Assembly (NCBI GenBank): GCA_007117035.1
Contig: SKHG01000036.1
Location: forward strand, 7,595-71,594
Direction: 5' to 3'
From: Candidatus Campbellbacteria bacterium
Lineage (GTDB): Bacteria; Patescibacteriota; Minisyncoccia; Phycocordibacterales; CSBR16-193
Length of the DNA: 64,000 nt
In this document: positions 56,302 to 64,000 of the stretch, one piece after another
Layout of the letters: the number at the start of each line of letters is the position of its first letter
Numbering within the stretch: the first letter of the stretch is position 1
The notes under the pieces: model-generated
Databases searched by the model: none
The model's input: the letters and a program-made list of their open reading frames with translations, nothing else
Told to the model about the DNA's origin: nothing
Program-made: the position numbers and the translations under genes

Positions 56302-57585
56302 ATGACAATAATAAAAAACATCGATGAACTTCGTTCAGAATCAAAGATTAGAAAAGATGCTTTAGAGATTATTGAGGTTGGGTACGAAACAATAAAGACA
56401 GAGACTGTGCTTGGTAAAAAAATATCAATGCAAGGAGATGATATTTTTATAGATAATAATACATATGCTTTTTCTGATTATGAAAATATATATTTTATAG
56501 GAATTGGAAAGTGCGCTTTTGAGGGAGCAAAAGTTATTGAGGGTATTATGGGCGAAAAAATTACAGACGGTGTAGTGCTTGATGTTTATGCTGGAATTTT
56601 GAAGAAAATAAAATCATTTAAGGGTACACATCCTCTACCTTCTAATGAAAATATTTCTGTTACAAAACAAATGGTTGAACTTTTGGGTAATGTTACTGAA
56701 AAGGATTTGGTTATAGTCTTAATATCAGGTGGTGGATCGGCTTTGCTGTGTTTACCACACAGTATAGATTGCGACGCTTTAATTCAGATAACTTCTGAGC
56801 TTATGAAGTCCGGAGCAGACATTAATGAAATAAATACTGTAAGGAAACATTTGTCTGAGATTCAAGGTGGTCAGCTCGCTGAGTTGGTTTACCCAGCTAA
56901 TATTGTGTCTTTAATATTTTCTGATGTACCAGGTGATGATATTTCTGTAATTGCCTCTGGCCCAACTGTTAGAGACGAGAGTACTTCAGATGATGCAAGA
57001 GCTGTCTTGGATAAATATAATATTTTAGAAAAGTGTGGAATTGATAACATAAAAATTAAGGAGACTCCTAAGGACAAAAAATATTTTGAAAAAACAAAAA
57101 ATATTTTAGTTGTTAGCAATAATGATGCGCTGAACGCTATGTCGGATAAAGCTAAAAATTTAGGTTACGAAACTGAGATAAGAACATCGGAGCTGTCGGG
57201 TTATGCCCGTGATGTTGGTCGAGTTTTTGCCGAAGAGAAAAAAAGGTCGAAATACTGTTTACTTGCTGGTGGTGAGACCACTGTTAAAATTGAAGGGAAA
57301 GGAAAAGGGGGGAGAAACCAAGAGTGTGTTTTGGCAGCGATTCCTTATTTACCCGAAGGTCGAATTTTTGCATCAGTTGCGTCTGATGGAATAGACAACA
57401 CAGATGCTGCAGGAGCTATAGGAGATACTGATATTTTCCGTAAATCTAATGATATGAATATCAACATCGATGATTATCTTCAGGAAAATAATTCCTATGA
57501 GTTCTTTAGAAATGTAGGTGGACAAATCAAAACTGGTTCAACTGGTAGCAATGTATCTGATTTGTTAATATTATTAGATGATTAG
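56302..57585 (+). CDS. glycerate 2-kinase (DUF4147/MOFRL family)
   Basis: GIGKCAF, ISGGGSALL, LAGGETTV and GGRNQE motifs of MOFRL glycerate kinases. Confidence 0.7.
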   Translation: MTIIKNIDELRSESKIRKDALEIIEVGYETIKTETVLGKKISMQGDDIFIDNNTYAFSDYENIYFIGIGKCAFEGAKVIEGIMGEKITDGVVLDVYAGILKKIKSFKGTHPLPSNENISVTKQMVELLGNVTEKDLVIVLISGGGSALLCLPHSIDCDALIQITSELMKSGADINEINTVRKHLSEIQGGQLAELVYPANIVSLIFSDVPGDDISVIASGPTVRDESTSDDARAVLDKYNILEKCGIDNIKIKETPKDKKYFEKTKNILVVSNNDALNAMSDKAKNLGYETEIRTSELSGYARDVGRVFAEEKKRSKYCLLAGGETTVKIEGKGKGGRNQECVLAAIPYLPEGRIFASVASDGIDNTDAAGAIGDTDIFRKSNDMNINIDDYLQENNSYEFFRNVGGQIKTGSTGSNVSDLLILLDD

Positions 57586-57600
57586 TTAATATTTATAATT

Positions 57601-60012
57601 ATGAAAAAGAATAAATCTTTAGTTTTGTGGTTTGGTGATGTTGGTAATGATGAGGTTGAACTCGTTGGAGGTAAAAATGCATCTTTAGGTGAGATGTACC
57701 AGGTTTTATCAAAGACAGGAGTTAGGGTACCAAACGGTTTTATAGTCACAGCCTATGCGTATAGGGATTTTATTGAAAAAGCTGGACTATCAGAAAAAAT
57801 TAAAACATTACTTGAGTCAATGAATATTGACGATATTAAAAGTCTTAGCAAAACAGGTGCAAAGATTAGGGAGATGATAAGAAATGCAGAATTTCCAGCA
57901 GAACTGAATAGTGAAATTATAGAAGCTTACAAAAAAATATCAAAAGAGATCGGAGAAAAAAATGGAAGTGTGGCTGTGCGGTCTTCAGCAACTGCAGAAG
58001 ATTTACCTGGAGCCAGTTTTGCTGGTGAACACGAAACATATCTAAATGTATCAGGAGATAAATATGTTTTGAGAGCTATTAAAATGGCAATGGCATCATT
58101 GTTTAATGATAGAGCTATATCATACAGAGTTCATAAAGGTTTTGGACATCTAGATGTTGCGCTATCGGTTGGTGTTCAGATAATGGTTCGTTCAGACAAG
58201 GGATCATCAGGGGTTATGTTTACAGTAGACACCGAGAGTGGTTTTGAGAATGTTTTGCAAATCAGTGCAGCGTGGGGTTTGGGTGAGATGGTTGTGCAAG
58301 GAAAGGTAAACCCAGATGAGTATTTAGTTTTTAAAGCTAAGTTGGGTGATAAGTTTTCACCAGTCATTAAAAAAACATTGGGAGCCAAGCGAAGAAAAAT
58401 GATCTACAGTAAAACAGCTGCTAGGCCTGTTAAAGAGGTTCCAAACACACTAGCTGATAGAAATTTATACGTATTGAGTGATCAAGAAATATTACAGTTA
58501 GCAAAGTGGGGAGTGATTATAGAAAATCACTACAGTAAAAGATATAAGAAATATACTCCAATGGATATTGAGTGGGCTAAGGATGGAAAAACCGGCGATA
58601 TTTATATTGTTCAAGCTCGACCTGAAACAGTCCAGTCCGAGGAGAATAGGCTAAGTATAAAAGAGTACTCACTAAAGACCTCCGAAAAACCATTGGTAGA
58701 GGGTATTGCTGTTGGTACCAAAATTGCATCTGGTAGAGCAAAAGTCATTGCTTCAGTTAAAGGGATTCAGAATTTTAAAGAAGGTGAAGTGTTAGTAACG
58801 AAGATTACTGATCCAGACTGGGAGCCTATAATGAAAAAAGCTTCTGCAATTATAACTGAAAGAGGAGGAAGAACATCTCACGCTGCGATAGTTTCAAGGG
58901 AACTTGGTATACCAGCTGTTATTGGTGCAAGTGGGGCGATGAATAGGATAAAAGATGGTCTTGTTGTTACAACTGACACCTCAAGTGGAACAGTTGGGTA
59001 TGTCTATCCTGGTAAATTGGATTGGAAAGAGACTGTTCATGAACTGTCCTCTATTCCTAAAACAAAAACAAAAGTATCTATGAACGTTGGAAGTCCTGAG
59101 GGTTCTTTTATTCATGCAAGAATCCCAAATGATGGAGTAGGTTTGGCTCGTGAGGAATTTATCATAGCATCTCAGATAAAAATACACCCTAACGCACTTA
59201 TTGATTATAAAAAACTACCAACTCAATTAAAGAAAAAAATTGATAAACTAACTCTTGGTCATTCCGATAAGAAAAAATACTTTGTCGACAAATTAGCCGA
59301 GGGAGTTGGTCAGATTGCAGCTGCTTTTTGGCCTAAACAGGTCATTGTGAGATTCTCTGATTTTAAGACTAATGAATACGCAACTTTGGTAGGAGGAAGT
59401 CTTTATGAACCAGAAGAGGAGAATCCAATGATTGGTTGGCGAGGAGCATCTAGATATGCACACCCAGATTTTGCTGAAGCGTTCAAACTTGAGTGTCAGG
59501 CTATGTTAAAGATTAGAAATGAATTTGGTCTTGATAACCTGGCAGTAATGGTTCCTTTCTGTCGAACTCCAGAAGAAGGGAAAGGGGTTCTAGATATAAT
59601 GAAGGAGGCTGGTTTGGGTCGAGGGAAAAATGGGTTGAAGGTTTACGTGATGTGTGAACTACCAACTAATGTTATCCGTGCAGATGATTTCTTAGATATC
59701 TTCGATGGATTTTCTATAGGCTCAAATGACCTAGCTCAACTTACCTTGGGTCTTGATAGAGACTCTGCAATTGTGGCAGGAATATCAAATGAGAATGATC
59801 CAGCGGTTAGAGATTCTGTATCTAGGGCTATTAAAGCATGTAAACGTAGAAAAAAATATATTGGTTTTTGTGGTCAGGCACCTTCTGATTACAGTGACTT
59901 TCTGAGATTCTTGATAAAAGAAAAAATTGATTCTGTTTCATTGATTCCAGATAGTGTTATACCGATGAAGTTTGAGATTAGTAAAGAGGAAAAACTTAAT
60001 GATTCAAAATAA
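57601..60012 (+). CDS. ppsA: phosphoenolpyruvate synthase (pyruvate, water dikinase)
   Basis: N-terminal ATP-grasp GGKNASLGEM; phospho-His GGRTSHAAIVSRELGIPAVIG; C-terminal PEP-utilising TIM barrel. Confidence 0.9.
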   Translation: MKKNKSLVLWFGDVGNDEVELVGGKNASLGEMYQVLSKTGVRVPNGFIVTAYAYRDFIEKAGLSEKIKTLLESMNIDDIKSLSKTGAKIREMIRNAEFPAELNSEIIEAYKKISKEIGEKNGSVAVRSSATAEDLPGASFAGEHETYLNVSGDKYVLRAIKMAMASLFNDRAISYRVHKGFGHLDVALSVGVQIMVRSDKGSSGVMFTVDTESGFENVLQISAAWGLGEMVVQGKVNPDEYLVFKAKLGDKFSPVIKKTLGAKRRKMIYSKTAARPVKEVPNTLADRNLYVLSDQEILQLAKWGVIIENHYSKRYKKYTPMDIEWAKDGKTGDIYIVQARPETVQSEENRLSIKEYSLKTSEKPLVEGIAVGTKIASGRAKVIASVKGIQNFKEGEVLVTKITDPDWEPIMKKASAIITERGGRTSHAAIVSRELGIPAVIGASGAMNRIKDGLVVTTDTSSGTVGYVYPGKLDWKETVHELSSIPKTKTKVSMNVGSPEGSFIHARIPNDGVGLAREEFIIASQIKIHPNALIDYKKLPTQLKKKIDKLTLGHSDKKKYFVDKLAEGVGQIAAAFWPKQVIVRFSDFKTNEYATLVGGSLYEPEEENPMIGWRGASRYAHPDFAEAFKLECQAMLKIRNEFGLDNLAVMVPFCRTPEEGKGVLDIMKEAGLGRGKNGLKVYVMCELPTNVIRADDFLDIFDGFSIGSNDLAQLTLGLDRDSAIVAGISNENDPAVRDSVSRAIKACKRRKKYIGFCGQAPSDYSDFLRFLIKEKIDSVSLIPDSVIPMKFEISKEEKLNDSK

Positions 60013-61012
60013 TATGAACATAGCTTATATCTACTCAGAAGAAAAATGGAGAGATCACATAAAGGAAACTTTTTCTGATCATAATCTTACTATAGGTACC
60101 TCACTTGAAGAGATTAAGGATCAGTTGAGTGAGGTTGAGATCCTTTCTGTTTTTGTTAGTCACCAAGTTACCAAGGAATATCTAGATTTGATGCCTAATC
60201 TAAAACTAATCGCTACACGTTCAACTGGATATGACCATATTGATGCAGTAACAGCGAAAGAAAAAGGAATACAGATTGCAACAGTTCCAAGTTATGGAGA
60301 GAACACAGTTGCTGAGTTTGCTTTTGCCCTACTTTTGACACTTTCGAGGAGAGTTTATGAATCATACAAACAGGTTTCAGAAACTGGTTCTTTCGAGAAA
60401 GATGGTTTGAGAGGTTTTGATCTTTTTGATAAAAAAATTGGAATTATCGGTACCGGGAAAATAGGTTTAAACGTTATTAAAATTGCTAAGGGTTTTGGTA
60501 TGGATGTTCAAGCTTACGATCTTTTTCCAAATGAAGAAGAAGCATCCAAGATTGGTTTTTCGTATGTGTCTTTTGAGGAACTCCTCTCTTCATCTGATAT
60601 CATATCCATTCATGCTCCATACAATGAAGATACTCATCATCTAATAAACAAATCTAACATTACCACTGTTAAACCAGGTGTTTATATTATAAACACTGCT
60701 AGAGGTGGTTTGGTTGAAACCACTGCTTTAGTAAATGGTCTTGATGCGGGTCTCGTTGCGGGTGCTGGTCTTGATGTTTTGGAGGAAGAAGGTTATCTCG
60801 GTGATGAACTACAGTTGCTAGAGGATGATCATCCAAACGCAAAAGAATTAAAGATAACATTATCTAATCATTATCTTATTGATCATCCTAGAGTTATTAT
60901 TACACCTCACAATGCATTCAACACCGAAGGTGCTATGAGAAGAATAATTGACACAACCGTAAACAACATTAAATCTTTTATCAATGGTCAACCACTAAAC
61001 ACTCTTAAATAA
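59999..61012 (+). CDS. D-isomer-specific 2-hydroxyacid dehydrogenase (D-lactate/glycerate dehydrogenase-like)
   Basis: NAD-binding GIIGTGKIGLNV; catalytic R/E/H pattern; start chosen at ATG 59999. Confidence 0.75.
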   Translation: MIQNNMNIAYIYSEEKWRDHIKETFSDHNLTIGTSLEEIKDQLSEVEILSVFVSHQVTKEYLDLMPNLKLIATRSTGYDHIDAVTAKEKGIQIATVPSYGENTVAEFAFALLLTLSRRVYESYKQVSETGSFEKDGLRGFDLFDKKIGIIGTGKIGLNVIKIAKGFGMDVQAYDLFPNEEEASKIGFSYVSFEELLSSSDIISIHAPYNEDTHHLINKSNITTVKPGVYIINTARGGLVETTALVNGLDAGLVAGAGLDVLEEEGYLGDELQLLEDDHPNAKELKITLSNHYLIDHPRVIITPHNAFNTEGAMRRIIDTTVNNIKSFINGQPLNTLK

Positions 61013-61013
61013 A

Positions 61014-62246
61014 ATGCCGAAAATTAAAGATATTAAAGCAAGAGAAATAATTGATTCTAGGGCAGTACCAACAGTCGAAGTAGATGTTTTTTTTGAGGAT
61101 GGCGCAATTGGTCGTGCTTCGTCCCCATCAGGTGCGTCAACAGGTAGTTTTGAGGCTCATGAGTTGCGTGATGGGGGTTCTGAATATTCAGGAAAAGGAG
61201 TAACGAAAGCAATTGATTTTTTGGAGGGTGTAATTAAAGAATCATTAGTTGGAAAGGAGTTCGAACAAAAGGATATAGATAATTTTTTATGTGAACTTGA
61301 TGGAACAGAAAATAAAAAAAATCTAGGAGCAAATTCAATCTTGGCAGTTTCTTTAGCTTTTGCTAAAGCTTGTTCAGTAAATCAAAGTGTTCCACTTTTT
61401 AGATATATTTCTAGTATCTCAAAAAGAGAACCTCAAATGCCACATGGGCTTTTCAACGTCATAAACGGAGGTGTTCATGCTGATAGTGGAATAGCCTTTC
61501 AGGAGTTTATGATAGCCCCTAGTCACCCTAGAGGCTGGAGAGAAGAAGTTAGAATGGCTGTTGAAATATATCAGACACTAAAGTCTGAACTCAGTGATCA
61601 AGGTTACTCTACATCTGTGGGTGATGAAGGTGGTTTTGCTCCAAAACTTAGTGGGAACAGAGAGGCTCTGACCTTCCTGGTTCGTTCAATTGAAAAAAGT
61701 GGTTATAAGCCGGGTCAGGATGTTAAGATAGCTCTTGATGTTGCAGGTAATGAATTAATAGATTCTGAAGGTCTATATCAAGTCGACGATCAGAAATATT
61801 CAACTGCTTTGCTGGTCGATTACTACAAAGATATAGTTAAAAATTTTCCTATTTTTTCCATAGAGGATCCTTTTTCAGAAGATGATGAAGAAGGTTTTAT
61901 TCAACTAACTTCAGAAATAGGTAGTGAGATTAATATTGTTGGTGATGATTTGTTCGTAACAAACAGATCAAGGCTAAAAGACGGAATTCAAAACAAATCA
62001 GCTAACTCTATTATTATTAAGCCAAATCAGGTTGGTACATTAACAGAGACATTAGAAACTTTAGACTTGGCTGTTGAAAACAATATAGTTCCAATAGTTT
62101 CGCATCGCTCAGGTGAGACAGAGGATGTCTTTATTTCGCACCTATCAGCAGGATTTGGTACGTCATTTATTAAATCTGGAGCACCAGCAAGAGGCGAGAG
62201 GACATCAAAGTACAATGAGCTTTTAAGAATTCAGGAATTACTTTAG
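61014..62246 (+). CDS. eno: enolase
   Basis: REIIDSR, SGASTG..EA.ELRD and C-terminal SHRSGETED motifs. Confidence 0.9.
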   Translation: MPKIKDIKAREIIDSRAVPTVEVDVFFEDGAIGRASSPSGASTGSFEAHELRDGGSEYSGKGVTKAIDFLEGVIKESLVGKEFEQKDIDNFLCELDGTENKKNLGANSILAVSLAFAKACSVNQSVPLFRYISSISKREPQMPHGLFNVINGGVHADSGIAFQEFMIAPSHPRGWREEVRMAVEIYQTLKSELSDQGYSTSVGDEGGFAPKLSGNREALTFLVRSIEKSGYKPGQDVKIALDVAGNELIDSEGLYQVDDQKYSTALLVDYYKDIVKNFPIFSIEDPFSEDDEEGFIQLTSEIGSEINIVGDDLFVTNRSRLKDGIQNKSANSIIIKPNQVGTLTETLETLDLAVENNIVPIVSHRSGETEDVFISHLSAGFGTSFIKSGAPARGERTSKYNELLRIQELL

Positions 62247-62315
62247 TAGTAATTCTTTCGCTCAAATTTTAGTTTTTGTTTCAGTCAGAGAAAATATTTG
62301 TTAGAATAAACAATA

Positions 62316-64000
62316 ATGAAATCAGGAGAGATAAGAAAGAGATATTTAGATTTTTTTGAAAAAAGAGGACATAAGGTTATTCCCTCGTCATCACTTGTTC
62401 CAGAGAATGATCCTACAACTCTCTTTACAGGAAGTGGTATGCAACCCATGGTGGGTTATCTTTTAGGTGAAAAGCATCCGTACGGAACACGTTTAACTAA
62501 CTCACAACGTTGTTTTCGTAGTGTTGATATTGAGGAGGTTGGAGACAATCGTCACACCACTATGTTTGAAATGCTAGGAAACTGGTCACTTGGTGATTAC
62601 TTCAAAGATGAACAACTTGATTGGATATTTACTTTTCTTACTGACGAACTTGGTATAGATCCAGAAAGACTTTACGTAACTGTTTTTTCTGGGGATAAAA
62701 AAAATAATCTGCCACGAGACACAAAATCAGTAGACATTTGGAAGACGTTGTTTCGTAAAAAGGGGATAGAGGCTACAGATGTTGAGATGGGTAGTGAAGA
62801 AAGCGCCTCAGTTTGTGGTATGCAAGAGGGTAGAATATTTTATTACGATTCAGAAAAAAATTGGTGGAGTAGAGCAGGTAAACCTGAAAAGATGCCAGCT
62901 GGTGAACCAGGGGGACCCGATTCAGAAATATTTTTTGAGTTTACTGATGTTGAGCACGATGAATCATTTGGTAAACACTGTCACCCTAACTGTGACTGTG
63001 GAAGATTTCTTGAGATAGGCAACTCAGTTTTTATGGAGTATCGAAAGAGAGAAGACAGCTCATTTGAAAAACTACCTCAACAAAATGTTGATTTTGGTGG
63101 TGGTTTAGAGAGGTTGGTGATGGTGAGTGAAAACACATCAGATATAATACTTACCAACCATGATTCAATTTTAGAATTTCTCGAAAAAAATTCGTCTTTT
63201 AGCTATGAAGATAATGATAAAAAAACGTCGTTTCGGATAATTGCTGATCATATGAAAGCAGCTGTATTCTTGATAGCTGATGGAGTTAAACCGTCCAACA
63301 CTGATCAGGGATATTTTGTTCGTCGTCTGATAAGAAGAAGTGTTAGGCATGCTGACACACTTGGTATAAAAGAATCTGTTCTTTCAAAGATATCTTCTCC
63401 TGTAGCCTTGATGTATAAGGATTCATATCCTGATATTGAAAACAAGATAGTTGATATTGAAAAAACTATTAAGACTGAAGAGGTACGATTTAGAGAAACT
63501 TTAAACAAGGGACTTAAGGAGTTTGAAAAAGGAAATGTTGATCCTTTTGTGCTTTTTACAACATATGGTTTTCCATTTGAATTAACAAAAGAATTAGCAG
63601 ATGAAAAGGGTATCGAAGTTAGTGAGGAAATGTTTAAAGAAAAACTAAAAGAGCATCAAGAAATGTCTCGTTCTGGTTCTGAAGTTAAGTTCAAAGGAGG
63701 TCTCGGAGACACAAGTGATATGTCTGTTAAGTATCACACTGCAACCCATCTTTTGAATGCAGCCCTAAAACAAATTTTAGGTACTGGAATCTATCAGAAA
63801 GGGAGTAATATTACATCTGAAAGAATGAGGTTTGATTTCTCCTACCCCAAAAAACTTACAGATGAACAAAAAAAAGAGGTTGAGCATTTAGTAAACGAAA
63901 AAATACTAGCTGATCTTTTGGTTTCAGTTGAAGAGATGGATTTGCAGGAAGCCTATAATGTTGGAGCAACTGGGGTTTTTGGAGAGAGTTACCCTGATAG
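62316..64000 (+). CDS. alaS: alanyl-tRNA synthetase (3'-truncated at window edge)
   Basis: N-terminal FFEKRGHKVIPSSSLVP..NDPT; RFLEIGNSVFMEY core; HTATHLLNAALKQILG HxxxH motif; open frame to end of window. Confidence 0.85.
   Translation, partial: MKSGEIRKRYLDFFEKRGHKVIPSSSLVPENDPTTLFTGSGMQPMVGYLLGEKHPYGTRLTNSQRCFRSVDIEEVGDNRHTTMFEMLGNWSLGDYFKDEQLDWIFTFLTDELGIDPERLYVTVFSGDKKNNLPRDTKSVDIWKTLFRKKGIEATDVEMGSEESASVCGMQEGRIFYYDSEKNWWSRAGKPEKMPAGEPGGPDSEIFFEFTDVEHDESFGKHCHPNCDCGRFLEIGNSVFMEYRKREDSSFEKLPQQNVDFGGGLERLVMVSENTSDIILTNHDSILEFLEKNSSFSYEDNDKKTSFRIIADHMKAAVFLIADGVKPSNTDQGYFVRRLIRRSVRHADTLGIKESVLSKISSPVALMYKDSYPDIENKIVDIEKTIKTEEVRFRETLNKGLKEFEKGNVDPFVLFTTYGFPFELTKELADEKGIEVSEEMFKEKLKEHQEMSRSGSEVKFKGGLGDTSDMSVKYHTATHLLNAALKQILGTGIYQKGSNITSERMRFDFSYPKKLTDEQKKEVEHLVNEKILADLLVSVEEMDLQEAYNVGATGVFGESYPD

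Noticed and set aside
62779-63018. 79-aa ORF in the track within the alaS region
   Set aside because: It is in a different frame from the open alaS reading frame (62316 onward), which carries AlaRS motifs continuously to the window end.
1-64000. Looked for CRISPR arrays, IS/transposase genes, integrases, phage structural genes and rRNA
   Set aside because: No regularly spaced direct repeats, no transposase, integrase or recombinase-like ORFs, and no rRNA-like conserved blocks were seen.

Overview
This 64 kb window looks like a gene-dense, low-GC (~36-38% by eye) bacterial chromosome segment. Coding is almost entirely on the + strand with only short intergenic gaps, so it reads as core genome with a few accessory pockets rather than a mobile island. 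The content fits a reduced-genome bacterium, possibly Patescibacteria/CPR-like, though that is an inference from gene content and not from a search.

The recognisable genes are:
- seven aminoacyl-tRNA synthetases (tyrS, proS, lysS, leuS, alaS and others listed below);
- an mreB-mreC-(mreD?)-PBP2 cell-shape cluster;
- a partial dcw cluster, mraZ-rsmH-ftsL-ftsI-murF, with MraZ-box repeats upstream;
- frr, rseP, greA, ychF, mnmA, mltG, pcm and a family-4 UDG;
- a DsbA-VKOR-DoxX oxidative-folding module;
- a P-type ATPase;
- a lower-glycolysis/organic-acid module: LctP-family permease, glycerate 2-kinase, ppsA, a D-2-hydroxyacid dehydrogenase, eno, a gpm-like phosphatase, and an archaeal-type PGI/PMI with a ROK-type kinase;
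- one tRNA-Glu(CTC) on the minus strand.

I saw no CRISPR array, IS element, integrase or rRNA.

The most unusual feature is the LeuRS. It is 1117 aa long, against roughly 800-860 aa for a typical bacterial enzyme, and carries two in-frame inserted hydrolase domains:
- a complete-looking RBBP9/YdeN-type alpha/beta serine hydrolase (GHSHGG elbow plus downstream Asp and His) at the N-terminal edge of the CP1 editing domain;
- a canonical Nudix-box domain between CP1 and the catalytic-core return.

Other things worth a look:
- a minimal SET-domain protein next to a membrane-anchored thermonuclease;
- an ATP-cone::Mrr-type endonuclease fusion;
- a GC-elevated gene with MYG1/DHH-like motifs;
- two self-contained small-gene cassettes with their own promoters, a structured leader and strong terminators;
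- a sigma-region-4/HARE-HTH protein paired with an unknown membrane protein.
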